A stretch of DNA of 64,000 nt, taken from NCBI GenBank assembly GCA_964016885.1, contig OZ024740.1:359786001-359850000 (forward strand), read 5' to 3'. The stretch comes from Eledone cirrhosa (lineage: Eukaryota). Shown in pieces: positions 24,948-37,760 of the stretch. Both the position numbers and the translations under genes were made by a program. Every line of letters begins with the position of its first letter. Position 1 is the first letter of the stretch. The notes under the pieces were generated by a model, which was not told where the DNA came from, did not search any database, and was given only the letters and a program-made list of their open reading frames with translations.

Positions 24948-26097
24948 AGGCAGAAATTCCATTTTATGTCCCAAATTCAAAGTATGGGTGCATAAAAGAT
25001 GTAGTGGAATCACAGGTAAGCTATCTAAGAACGTAGATTTTATATGTGGCCGGTGCTCAGGTGCAATAAGTAGCAAGCGCCCACAGGATACTAGCTCCTT
25101 CTATTGCCCAGATGGCTCTATAGAAATAGTGGACACCTTCTATTACCTGGGTGACAAAATCAGCAGTGGTGGAGGGTGCTCAGAAAGTACAGTAGCCAGA
25201 GTCAGAACGGGATGGAAAAAGTTCAGAGAGCTTATACCACTATTGGCCGCTAAAGGTTTCTCTCTAAAAATGAAAGGCAGACTGTATGATGCCTGTATGA
25301 AACATGGGCATTGTGTGCAGAGGATCTGCGCAGACTGGAGAGGAATGAAGCATGCATGCTCCGCTGGATGTGTAATAGTAATATACATGAACAGCAAAGC
25401 ATAAATAAACTAAGTGAGAAATTAGGTATAAGAGGGATCAGATGCTGTTTACTCGAGAGAAGACTACGTTGGTATGGCCATGTGATGCGCATGAAAGACG
25501 ACAGCTGTATAAAATAAAGTGCAGGGCGATCAAAATTGACGGAAGTTACGGAATAGGCAGACCCAGAAAAACCTGGGACGATTTGATAAATTCCCACCTT
25601 ACGCACTTACACCTCTCTAAGACAATGTCACTGGACCGAGAGCTTTGGCGCCACGCAGTAATTCAGAAAACCCGCCTTGCCTAAGTACAAAGCGAAACCT
25701 ACAGTCAGTAGGCACCTCTTAATCAAATATACACCCCAGTCCCACTACCCCAACTCCCCCACCCTCGTCAACACCACCCCTTTCTTTGTAAAGTTATGTT
25801 GGTACCACAACATCCAGTCCTAAATAAATGAGGTCTTGTAGGTGTCACGACAAAGAAACACACAGTCCACGCTGTAATGTGGCCATGTAGGTAACACGGT
25901 AAAAACCTCCCAGTCCACACTGTAAACGTGGTTGGTGTTAGGAAGGGCATCCAGCCGTGGAAAACCTGCCAGACAGGCCCATACGAGCGAGACAACCAAT
26001 CTTGCCTCAAGTGGGACAATCCACGTCTAAACCCATGCTAGCGTGGAAGATAGACGTTAAACGATGATGATGATAATGATGATGATGATGATGATGA
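24948..26097 (+). mobile_element. 5'-truncated RTE LINE family B
   Basis: WVHKRCSG..FICGRC, FYYLGDKIS, RRLRWYGHVMRM, GRPRKTW, then 3'UTR and (GAT)n tail; close to the 57820-60060 copy. Confidence 0.9.
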
Positions 26098-26324
26098 ATT
26101 TGAGAGGAACACGGTAACACAAACCATCTCTAATTTAATCAGACTTTATTTTTCTTTTCTTTTTTGTGTGATCGCATGTGTTTGTGAATTCTGCAAGGGG
26201 GAGAACTATCATATCTATCTTTTTTTTTCTGCTATAGTTTTTATAGTCAAGGGAGAGAACTATCATTCTTCAACGTTTCATGTTTTTCTTCGTTATTGTT
26301 AAATGCAATTCGTTGACACAGTTA

Positions 26325-26557
26325 TTGCTGAATGGTTAAGATGTTCGCTTCGCAATCATTACATCCCGTGTTCGACCCTACTATTTGACATCTTTGACAT
26401 GTATCATTTACCCCGGCTGTGAGGAAAAGTGGGAAGCTGGACTACGTCGCTGGAACTACTTGAGAATTACGTTCAGAGGTATCCGTGGAATGCTCAGTCA
26501 CTTAACACGTTAATTTCACGAGCATGGTATTCTATTGATCGACAAATTGGAATACTC
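26325..26557 (+). mobile_element. Decayed tRNA-headed SINE, interrupted by the following MITE
   Basis: gctgaatggttaag (A box) and gttcgaccc (B box); sequence appears to resume after 27281. Confidence 0.55.
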
Positions 26558-27273
26558 GGCGATATCCAATTTTAGTGGACTAAATGCTGCTTACGTGCTG
26601 TAGTTGCTGCTTACTTCAATGTATGAGGCTATTCCAACAAATTTACATTCCCTTTTATTTAGCCGTTAAAAGAAATATAGATTTATTTATTGTTTTTTTT
26701 TGCGATTTATTTGCCACTGGGGCATAGATTTCTTTATTTGCCTCGTTTTTGTTTGTTTGTTAGTTTGTTTTTTTTCGATTTATTTGCCACTAGAGCATTA
26801 GGCGGGGGAATTTTTTACAAAAATCAAGTACAAACATTTAACGAGTGATTAAAAAGGAATATAAAAAATTAAGTCCTCAATAGAGAGGCAGCCTTTTGGG
26901 GTCACACACACCCCCGTAGAAAGTGTGCGACCTTTCTGCCAGGGAGCACAGAGAGAGGGGGGGGGGGTGCTCCCTTCTCTTACAAGCTGATATAGAGAGA
27001 TGGCCCACTTACACGGGCCATTATTGCTACTTTCGCTACCCGCCTAATGCTCTAGTGGGAAATAAATCGCAAAAAAACAAACAAACAAACAAACAAACAA
27101 AAACGTGGCAAATAAAGAAATCTATGCCCCAGTGGCAAATAAATCGCAAAAAAAAAAAACAATAAATAAATCTATATTTCTTTTAACGGCTAAAAAAAGG
27201 GAATGTAAATTTGTTGGAATAGCCTCATACATTGAAGTAAGCAGCATTTAGTCCACTAAAATTGGATATCGCC
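26558..27273. mobile_element. Merlin-like non-autonomous DNA transposon (716 bp, ~240-bp TIRs, 8-bp TSD)
   Basis: GAATACTC|GGCGATATCCAATTTTAGTGGAC ... GTCCACTAAAATTGGATATCGCC|GAATACTC; GGNRM termini plus an 8-bp TSD fit Merlin/IS1016. Confidence 0.8.
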
Positions 27274-27643
27274 GAATACTCTTCGAAACTGTCGGAGGAC
27301 TATTATATAAATGCAATTATTAATAATCATTACCATATAATCTGTTGTGTTTTTTGTTGTTTTATTTAATATGATTGTCTTATTAAAAATAGTGTGGTGA
27401 GCATTGTCTGTAAAATATAGGAACGTTTTAACCACACAACCATGCCTGTGATCATGTTTTGTTTTTTCCAATATAATTCCATTCACATCTTGAATGTATC
27501 ATAAAAATATTTAATCGATTTCAATACTTAACTGGCGGTAGCGGAGTTAAGGTGTATGTGTGTGTGTGGGGGACCCTCCTCGAGCGGCACTTTGATGTGT
27601 ATTGTGTTGTGTTTTTTGTTATATATATATATATTTATATATA

Positions 27644-27721
27644 CAGGATGTCCCCAAAAATGTATACACACTTCGACAGCCAGGTAATCAGAGTGTGTAT
27701 ACATTTTGGGGGAACACACTG
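27644..27721. mobile_element. 78-bp Tc1/mariner-type mini-MITE
   Basis: TA|caggatgtccccaaaaatgtatacacac...gtgtgtatacattttgggggaacacactg|TA. Confidence 0.75.
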
Positions 27722-27730
27722 TATGTGTAT

Positions 27731-28210
27731 ATCATCATCATCGTTTAACATCTATCTTCCATACTAACATGGATTAGACGGGTTTGTCCCATTAGAGGCA
27801 AGTTGGGTCGGTTGACCGTGTCTTGCTCATATAGGACTATTTCTGGCTGGTTTTCTACAGCTGGATGCCCTTCTAACACCAACCACATTTACTGTATTGA
27901 CTGGGTGTTTTCTGTCGTGACACCTACATGATCACTTTATAGTGTGGGCTGGTTGTTTTGTGGTATGGGCGGAAGTGGGAGGGATGAGGGATGTATAGTG
28001 GATTAAGAGGTGCCTACTGAGTGTGGGTTAATGTCATTGCGCAAGGGAAGGCGGGTCTTCTGTATTACTGCATAGCGCCAAAGATTTCAATCCAGTGTCA
28101 TTGTCTTAGAGAGGTGCAAGTGTGCAAGATCAGCTTTTATCACCTCATCCCAGGTCTTTCTGGGTCTACCTACTCTGTAGTTTCCATCAATTTTGATCGC
28201 CCTGCACTTA
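27731..28210 (-). mobile_element. 3' fragment of RTE family B
   Basis: Reverse complement of the ORF end, 3'UTR and (GAT)n tail seen at 1955-2375 and 25520-26097. Confidence 0.75.
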
Positions 28211-29346
28211 AAAATATATATGTGTGTGTGTCCGCTGTATAATTCATTAGTTAAATGGCAAATTTAGAAAGCTTGCCTCTAATTTTCTCACTTACCAAAC
28301 AACAATTCTGGAACTACCACCATGCTCATTTTCTCTATAAGCATCAACTTGCACAAATTTAAGCTGAAAACCAAACTATACTGACTTCTAGTTATTGAGT
28401 CAATAATTTGCTCAACCTGCTAGAAATAGCAGCCAAACTCCTCGCAAAGCATATCTTTTATCTTAAGAACAGAAGAGCACACTAGATAATGTGGTTCTAA
28501 ATATACTATGTACGATCACATAAAAAAAAATATTTTTTTGTTTGAACTGCAATAAATAGCACCCAATCAGATTACAACGACACTCTGCTTTTATAATTAA
28601 GATAAGAACACTTTGGATAATATCCTACATAAACAAAGTTGCCTTAACTGATCATAGCTCTTTTCAATCAGGTAACATATTACAGTTATTATTATTATTA
28701 TTTTTAATATATATATTTCTACTTCAGTTTGGCTCCTTGCATTTCTTTAGCCCCTGATCAGTCCTGATTGAGCAGATTTATAAGACATTCCAGTCTTGAC
28801 TATGCCAACTTTTTCAAACATTTTATATCTTTTTCCTTTTTATTTAATGTTGTACTGTACATTGAGCCATTTTTGGATGGTTAGGACCATATATCATTTT
28901 TGTTTATACAGAAGATGTTTCTAACTGCTTCAAAAATTTCTCCATTTCTAAATAAAGAGATATCAAGAATGGTCTCCCACAATTCTTCCCATGGCACAAT
29001 GTAACCGATTCAAAGAGAGAAAAATAAAGGAAAATAATGAATAAGAGAATGAACAATAATACTTGAGTGGTATTTTATTAGAATGAAAGGCAAAATAGAC
29101 TTCAGTGAGATTTGAATTCAGAATCTAAGGAACTAGAACAAATACAGCAAGGTATTCTATCCAACATTCTAATGACTGAAAATTTGTTGCCTTTTAGTAT
29201 ATCCATGATGTTTGATAAGATGGTAAGATGTAGTTTGACAGCGAGTTAGTTGCAATTTCTAGAAGGTAGGGCAACATCATAGTGACTCAAAAACGCAGGA
29301 ATGACAATAAATTTAAAATATTAAATTTAGTCAAGTTTTCCTTTAA

Positions 29347-29661
29347 CCCTTTTAATACCAACTTGCCTCAGACCACTTCGGTTTTATGATACACAAAATC
29401 TGTTCTGAAGTATTCATATTTAAATTTAAATTTCCCATCATAATTTTATGTCCCAATTCTATGATGACAAACCTCTTGTTTTAAAATATTCATACTTAAA
29501 TAAAAAATGATGATATGCAAAAATATATTTGTTCAGCTATCTACTAAATGCCAGATTAATATAATTAGTTATTTTACTTAAATTTCTTCAAATTATTGAT
29601 TATTTACTTAATTAATTGAAAAATACAGGTGTGTTTTATTAGGAATATGGTAATGAAAGGG
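29347..29661. mobile_element. piggyBac-type MITE
   Basis: TTAA|cccttttaatacc...ggtaatgaaaggg|TTAA; related fragments at ~38750, ~39225-39680, ~41970-42030, ~46780-46845. Confidence 0.75.
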
Positions 29662-31764
29662 TTAAGATTAACAAGTTTTGAACAGAGAATAACAGGAAGT
29701 AAGAGAAGGTCAAAGGAAAGATAATATTAATCATAATTGTATCTGAACTGGAGTTAATTGAAGGATATGAGGTATGACAGGTGTTAAAATTAAGCTGAGA
29801 TTATATATGATTAAAAGACAAGCAAGGTTATGCAACCAAAGATTATGGAGCAATAGATAAGAGTGTTGTGTATTTGTTGTTATTGTAGTCAGGTTACAGC
29901 AGCTATATATATATGTGGATGCAGGGAAAAGTGGACGTAAAATGATGATGATGATGAGTAGCTATGTATGTAACTGCTTCTATCGATATATGTGTGTGTT
30001 TTAATATACTTTTGTGTGGTTGATGTTTTCTGTGTGTATTGTATTAAAGTTGTGCGCATGTGTGTATCACTTTTGGTGCATGTGTGCCTGTGTAACAGGT
30101 CAGCTCTGGAGGTATCCAATCAAGTTTATTTAGTGCACAGTTATAGTCTGTTGATAGGTGTAGCCGTTGCTAGGTGGTTAAGAAGTTTGCTTTGCAACCA
30201 CATGGTTTTAGGTCTAACCAATATTTTGTGAGTGAAACTTGTTAGACAGAAACTGTGCCAAAGCCCATCATATATATCTGTGTGTGTATTCTCTGCATGT
30301 TGTTTTCACATTGATTCTGCATGGGCAGTCAAAGATGTTTATTTAGGTCCTGCAAAAACAATGTCCTGTAGCTCAGCAGTTTGATGTGTGAAGACTAGTA
30401 ACAAAGTGCCTTCATTAAAAGCAAGTAGGGGTGGGATTTATTTTATATGTAAAAATTTAAGGATATTTGTCGTCTGGTGAAGAGCCAATTGCTGATATTG
30501 CTACTATTTCTTTGGCAATCCTGACACAATGTAAAGTTCAGACAAGTCTAATAGAATTTGGATTCACAAAATAGTGGAACAAAACTACATACTGTAAGTT
30601 ATTTAATATATCATGCTACTATTTCTGCCAACTTACACCTTTGATTCCCTTCATAAAAATAATGTTTCAATCTACAATAATTATGCTTTGGATTTATTTT
30701 ATAAGCTAAATCATCATCATCATTTAACGTCTGTTTTCCCTGCTAGCAAGTGTTGGATGGGTCATCACAGACCAAGTCAGTACTGACCACTCAGATGAGC
30801 CAAGAGCCTGCACCTCACATACAATCCCAGTCTGTAGAGTGTATCAAGTGCATTTTATCATGGCATCAACACTAGGGAGGTTGTCTTGTGTTTGACTCAT
30901 TTGAAGGATCTTACCAACCCTTTGTTTGGCAGATTTTCTATGCCTGGATACCTTTCCTATCACTAACCACTTTATAGAGTGTACTGGACATGTTTATCAT
31001 GTAGGCCAACTAGTACTTTTAATTCCATTCCTAATAATAATATTTCAACCTGCAACAATTATGCTTTCGATTTACTTTATAAGCTAATCAAAGATAATTT
31101 TTTCAGATATTGAATCAAGGCTAAAAGTTGTTGGAGGGATGTAGTCAATTCTATCAATACTTGAATTTACAGCATTCATAATCAGATAATAATAACAACA
31201 ACAATGAATATGATCATAATTTTATGTCTGTTTTCCATGCTGGCACAAATAAGATGAATTGTTGTGGTCTAAGGCAGTTATTTGTAGTTACTGCCCTCCT
31301 AGATGTGATGGAAGACCTCTTAATCATGTTCTAACGTTTGGCATGATTTCAATGGTCAGATGCCTTTCCTAATATCAAACACTTAACAGAGTGTACTGGG
31401 TGCTTTTTATCAGCACTAGAGATGTCATATCCTTGACAAGACTAAAGAACCATTTCTGCTTGTATTGTCTCTAATCATCAACTGCTCTGTAGTGTACTGG
31501 GTGCATTTTATCAGGGTGCCAACACTAAAGAGGTTGCTTTGTTCCTACTTGGAAAATGAATTGTCTATACTCTACATCACTTCTGATCTTTTAGGACAAT
31601 ATTCCCCAAGAAATATAATGGGTAAGAGTATAAATGTGTATGAATGGGTATAGGATGATAGGGAAAGGAGATGGGCATTGATAGTTATATGAGAGCTGTT
31701 GGTAGAGGGGAGATTGAACAGGATGAATGTATTAAAGTAGAAGAGAGCTCATGCTGGATAACAT

Positions 31765-33659
31765 CAAAGAAGTGTGAAATGCAGAGTAGTGAAAAGAACA
31801 GCAACATCACAACTTACAATTAAGGACAAAATGAAAACACACACGCACATAGAACAACCAACCAACCAGTAACATGTAAATAAACAAATAAATAAACGAA
31901 TATAAACACACACAGACACCCGGATGTAACACATGCGCAAACTAAGTACACAACACACACAAAAACAAGATGGTGTATGACAGAACAAAGGAGAGGCACA
32001 AAAACAAAGAAAAGAATCCCCAGTCACTGAAGAGGTCACAGAATGTGTGACAAAAGAACTTTGACAATATATAAACAATCATCTGGTTGTGGAACCAACC
32101 AACCGGAAATTTATAAATTTATTATAATAAATTGAAGTGAAAGCAACTGGTGCGTGTGTTTCTTATTGGCAACATGACCCTCCCAAAGTATAACAATATC
32201 GGTTTCAACACACGTTTTCAGATGAATCTTGCTAAACAAATTCAGAAACGAAATATATATATATATATGTATGTTCTTCTACACATCTGCTACTGGTGCC
32301 ATGACAAAGTTTTTCCTCCATCTCACCCTGTCCAACATTGTTCTCAACACAGTATCATCTTCAAGAACATCCTTCAGTGTGATGTTTTGTTTCCCAACTC
32401 ATCTGCATCCATCTGGTTTCAAGAGGATAACTCTGCCAGCAGGTTCATTGTGACGGTTCACGTGTCTGGCTAATGCGAGCCTCCATAAAGTGATTTATTT
32501 GTTATGTGTGTTTTCCAGAAGACCTATCTTCCATTGATACTGGAGTCCTCTAGGGACTTTCCTTTTTGTGATATGCCTCGATTATGCACTGTGTAATGAT
32601 ATTGCACCATCAGATGGAGTAAGTCAGCAAAGTCCCTAACATCCAGAGGAACTTCTACCTGAACTGGCTTATAGCTATCCTCGAAAACACCAACAAAAAA
32701 GTTGAGTACCTGTAATACAGAGTGGAGGCTACAGCAGTCCACTGAACTCTTCTTCTTCTTCTTGCTAGCAGAATATGGGATTTGGTCAATTTTGAACCAA
32801 TCTAAAGAATATGCAAGAGGAACAAGAAGATGCACACTCTACATAAGTGAAAAATATTGGATTTTATAGAACCTTAAATCACCAAAAACCTGCCTAAATA
32901 CAAAAACAGAAATTTTCACCAGTTGCCCACACATGAAATCACACTTGCTTTCCATCTCATATAAACTTAACTCACTTTCAGATACTTATCCTCCATAAAC
33001 TCCTGTCCTTCACTTTCCTTAAATTATCCTCTTTACAGACTTCTCTTTCTGATTTACTTTCATTTTTAACTTTATTTTCATTTTTATTTTTATTTTCACT
33101 TCACATCCACAAGTGACCCCCCCCCCCTACCCTACTTTTTGATTCACTTACCTAATATCTTCAAATTCCACACTTTATTTATTTCACTACCTGATATCAC
33201 TTGTCACTTGCGTTTTCAACTCCAGATATATACTGTTGTTTCGCAGCTGCTTTTATATTTGTATTTCTTTCTTTCATATGGCTGGTCTATAATTTGTATC
33301 TATGCGTGTGAGTGTGTATGCGCCTCCATGTGTGTGCGTGTGTGTCTATATGTGTGAGCATGTATGTTTTTATATCTATATTTTATACGAGTGTGTGTGT
33401 GTGTGGGTGAACATATGTGTATAAGTACGTGTATATATATATATGTATATGTATGTATGTGTGTGTATGCATATATGTATACTTAGTCGCGTACGTACGT
33501 GTGCCAATATATGTATATATATATATGTGTGCTTCGTGTGTATGTATGTACGTATGCATGCGCTTTTGCCTGTACGTATACATATATATATATATTTGTA
33601 TATGTATATGTGCGAACCTGTTTGTTTTCTTTTTCTCTGGTGTTAATTTATAATTGATA
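31765..33659 (+). mobile_element. Inverted copy of the chimeric Penelope/RTE block (~21355-23613)
   Basis: ~31849-33659 is the reverse complement of 21355-23613, lacking the ~260-bp palindrome-bearing insert, with shorter (TTC)n and a ~32-bp deletion in the endonuclease segment. Confidence 0.92.
32023..32065 (+). ncRNA. HHR-1 copy c, core mutated (GAAA to AAAA at 32052)
   Basis: gtcactgaagaggtcacagaatgtgtgacAaaagaactttgac; G12 lost. Confidence 0.45.
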
Positions 33660-35710
33660 ACCCTGTTTAATTGCTCTTGTAACCTCAGCCTCTGAGAGAT
33701 TAGTCATCGCTTCCAGATGCACCTCATGTACATCAGAAGATGCTGTTGGGACCAGGTTTAGAACACAATATATTCTCTCCACCTTGCAAGGATGCACCTC
33801 TCTGAAGAGAAGAGAACCCCAGATGTATTCCTGATAGCATGTGTGGAGGAGGACTTCTTATTATAAAATCGGCAGATGGTCTGCCAGAACACTTTATTTG
33901 CTGATCTGGAGTTGGATTCCAGCTTAATCCCAAAGTCCTCCCATATCACCACATTCGACACCTTTACTGTCTCTGCTGCAACTTTTCTCACCTGCTTGTA
34001 CCAAACCAAGCTTTGTAGGCTTCCTTCTTTACTCGGATGGCATCTTTGACCTCTTGATTGAACTAAAGGTTCCTTCTGCCAGCCAGTGCCACACCAAGTT
34101 GCTTTCACTCACAGTATTTAACAGCTCTGTTTCAATTTCCTCAGTTTTCTAAGTGTCAGGCAAAGAGATGTAGGGAGATTATTGAGTCCAAGCTAGTTGA
34201 TGAACAGTGTGGCTTTCGCTACAGATGCAGCCCATCCAACCAAATATTCACACAGAAGTACTCCCAAGAGCTGTATGTTTGCTTCGCAGACCTCAAAAAG
34301 GCATATGACCGCATTCCATGGGACTTGCTACTTGTTGCCTTGATGTCTCTATCCAAATGCCCTAGTATCTGTGTTTGGATAAATAAACTATTCAATTTGG
34401 GGGTCAGATTCTGACAAGGGTGCATACTGTCACCTCTCCTGTTCATTAATTTCATGAACAGGATTGATATGCTCAGCCAAGTTGGAAGTGATATCACGAC
34501 TGGCAGGTGTAAGATCAGTTAGCTGGAATTTGCAGATGACATGGTATCACTTAATTCGTCAGAAAGGGATCTCTTATATGCACTTGATAGATTTGATGCT
34601 ATGTGCTGCATGGTTGGAATGAAAATCAGTACTGTAAAGACTGAGATACTCACTCGTCTTCTTAACCCTTTAGCATTTATATTACTCTATATTTACTGTT
34701 GAATTTTCATGGTAAATGCTTTATCTCACATAATTATCTCATAATATGCATGAGGGGAGAGAACATCCGGAAACACTTGTTTGTTAATAGATGGACCCAG
34801 GTAAAGACCTGAAAAAGCATTCAATTTTAGTTTGGAAGATTTAAGATCTTTCAGTGATGTTTTGACTGAATTCTTGGATAAATTCAATTTAAAAAAAGTA
34901 TTTCAACATAATGATTTAATCCTTTAACATTTACATTACTCTATATATACTATTGTATTTTCGTGGTAAAGGCTTTATCTCACATAATATTGAATCTATG
35001 AGATTTTGATGTTATTTATTTTGAGAACAATACCTTAACATCAGTATGAGTCACTGGTTACAGCCAGTTTAAAAAGAAAGAGGTGAGAGAATTCTGACTG
35101 GATATGGCCAGTTTAAATTCTAATGGGTTAATAAAGCCTGTGCAGTCCACTCTACATATAAGTGGAGTTCCGCTGAAGCAGGTAGAGAAGTTCAAGTATC
35201 TTAGGGCCATGTTCACGAGTGATAGTAGGCAGGAGGCTAAATTAAGTGCAAGAATTGCAGGAGCTGGTGCAGTAATGTGCCAGCTTCAGCATTCAGTCAT
35301 CATAAGAAGAGAGGTAGATGTAAAAGCCAAACTCACTAATCTTCAATTCAGTATTTATGTCAACCCTTACCTATAGTCATGAATCTTAGGTAATGACCAA
35401 AAGAATATGATCGCAGATACAAGTGGCCAAAATGGGTTTCCTCCAAGGGGTCTTTGGACTAATGTTACTTGATAGAGTGCATAGCTTGAAGATCAGAGAG
35501 TCACTCCAGGTAGAGCTGCTACTTTTCTGAATTGAGAGACAACAGCTCCAATACTAAGGGCATGTTGTTAGAATGTCTCAGGAAAGAATTGCTGGACAGA
35601 TTTTACAGGCAAAACCAACCAGTAGGAGATCCAAGGGTAGACCCCAAGCAAGATGGTTGGATAACATCCATGAGCTCTGCTGGTGTTGCTTGAGGATCCA
35701 GTCAAATCAA
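33660..35710. mobile_element. Rearranged RTE family A copy (upstream part inverted at ~33660-34140, downstream part on + at ~34210-35710)
   Basis: Minus: WEDFGIKLESNSRSANKVFWQTI; plus: CFADLKKAYD, EFADDMV, QVEKFKYL; homologous to 4150-6320. Confidence 0.8.
34666..35127. mobile_element. piggyBac-type MITE nested in the RTE, carrying a ~300-bp copy of 48403-48705
   Basis: TTAA|ccctttagcattt...ctaatggg|TTAA. Confidence 0.7.
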
Positions 35711-36929
35711 TTGTTAAAACTAAAAGGGCTATTCTGAAACACCAATACACAATGCAAATTGATGTTTGGCAGAAATATATAAACACAGTTAAAAAGTGTC
35801 TGTGACAAACCTATCTTCTATCCCAGTAAACAGGGTGAAATAATTCTAAAGTTAATATTCAAAAATTAAAACGGGAACAAACATTTTTTTCATTGGATAA
35901 AGCAGGAAAAATTACTTTGAGAGATGTCCATTTGCTTGAACATTCAGGTATAACAACATTCTTTCTACTGGCCACAAGAGCCCAAGATGTTTAGGACAGT
36001 ATAAGGAGGAAATACAGAGTAGGGCTAAATCAAGTAAAAATGGCAGATGTGACCAAGTTCCAGCAAGAATATTTCCCCAATAGGGAGGAAAACTATGTAA
36101 GGTAGTTTTAGGGGGAAAAAAGCCCATACAAAGCCCCAGTTTACTCTGTAACACCAAAGGCATTGAAAGTGTCCCCACCTTGTTTCTTTTCCTCCTGTTT
36201 AGAAGAAAATAGAGTAACCCATTCAAGATGTTTATATTTAATTTCTCATGTAGTTAGTACATAGTCCAATATTGTGTAGCTAGTTCAAAAAGTATATTGT
36301 TCTTTACCACTTCGTCTTTACTGCCATTGCCATGGTAAATAGCATTGTTAACAGATTGTAATAAGGCCAAGGTACTTTTGCTAATATCTTTGACATCTAT
36401 AGTCTTGAGTAAGATGCTGGTGATTTTTTTCCCTGACTCTTTTTTTATCTTCTTTCATGTCGTATATTATTATTTTTTCACAAATATGCATCTTTTTTTT
36501 TTTTTTACTACAGGAAAAATGAACATTTTCAAGATTCAAAAATATATCATTTCTTTCTCTCAACTCAAGGGGTGAAGGTGGGATTGAAAGAAGCAGAAAA
36601 ACTCACCAAAGGGTAACAGGTATGTTTCTCTAGGGATAGACAACAAATTTCTATCCATGAAAAATACAATTATGCTAAAAAATTCCTGAACCCAAAACTA
36701 GTGTGGCTTCCTTATTAATCAATAATCCTTTTATCATCATTTTATCCATGTTTTCCATGCTGGCATGGGTTAAACTGTCAAGATCCAAGAGAACACGGGT
36801 TAGATAACCATATTTGGTTTATACATTCTACATTTCCATATGCTTTATATGGCTGGATGCTCTTCTTAACATGACCACTTTACATAGTGCACTGGGTGCA
36901 TTTTATTATAGCACTGCTACTACTACAAC

Positions 36930-37580
36930 TAATAATTGTTTCTACTTTTGGCACAAGATCAGCAATTACCCCAGTGCATTACTGGTACTTTATTTTATTG
37001 CCACCGTAAGGATAAAAGGCAAAGTTAACCATGGCAGGATTTGAACTCGGAACACGAAGGGCCATAACTCTATGCTGCAAAGCATGCTGTCTGACGCTCT
37101 ACCTATACTGCCAATCCACCGCCCTACAACTAATGATGGTTTCTGGTTTAGGACCAAGGCCAACAATTTTGGAGGAGTGGAAGTCAATTAAATTGACCCC
37201 AGTGTGTTACTGGTACTTTATTTTATCGACCACACGAGAATGAAAGACAAAGCTAACCTGGGCAAGTTTTGAGCCCAGAATGCCAAGGGACATAACTATA
37301 TGCCACAAAGTATGTTGTCTGATGCTTTACTGATACTGCCAATCCACCACCCTTACTGCTACTAATAATGGTTTCTGATTTAGGCACAAGGCCAGCAATT
37401 TGGGGGAGAGGCAAGTCAATTAAATTGACCCAAGTGCATTACTGGTACTTTCTCTAATTGACTCCGTTAAGATGAATGGCAAAGCTAACCTCAACAGGAT
37501 TTAAATTCAGAATGTAAAGGGCTATAAAGGTATGTTGCAAAGCATGTTGTCTGACGCTCTACCAATACTGCCAATCCACT
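36930..37580 (-). mobile_element. Head-to-tail array of three SINE copies
   Basis: Units start at ~36935, ~37135 and ~37365, each ending ...ctgccaatccac on the plus strand. Confidence 0.75.
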
Positions 37581-37760
37581 GCCATCACAAGCCACGTATC
37601 TACCTTTAGTCTTTTAAGAGCCCACCTGATTATGAAGCACGAGACTTTGTCAAATGCTTTCTCCAAGTCAACAAATGCCAAGTAGAGGGGCTTAATTTTA
37701 GCTAAAGTACGTTGCCTCACAAGGTAGAGGGCATCAATGGTACTTTTACCCAGCACAAAT
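37580..37760 (-). mobile_element. RTE family B RT fragment
   Basis: GKSTIDALYLVRQ...LYLAFVDLEKAFDKV. Confidence 0.8.
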
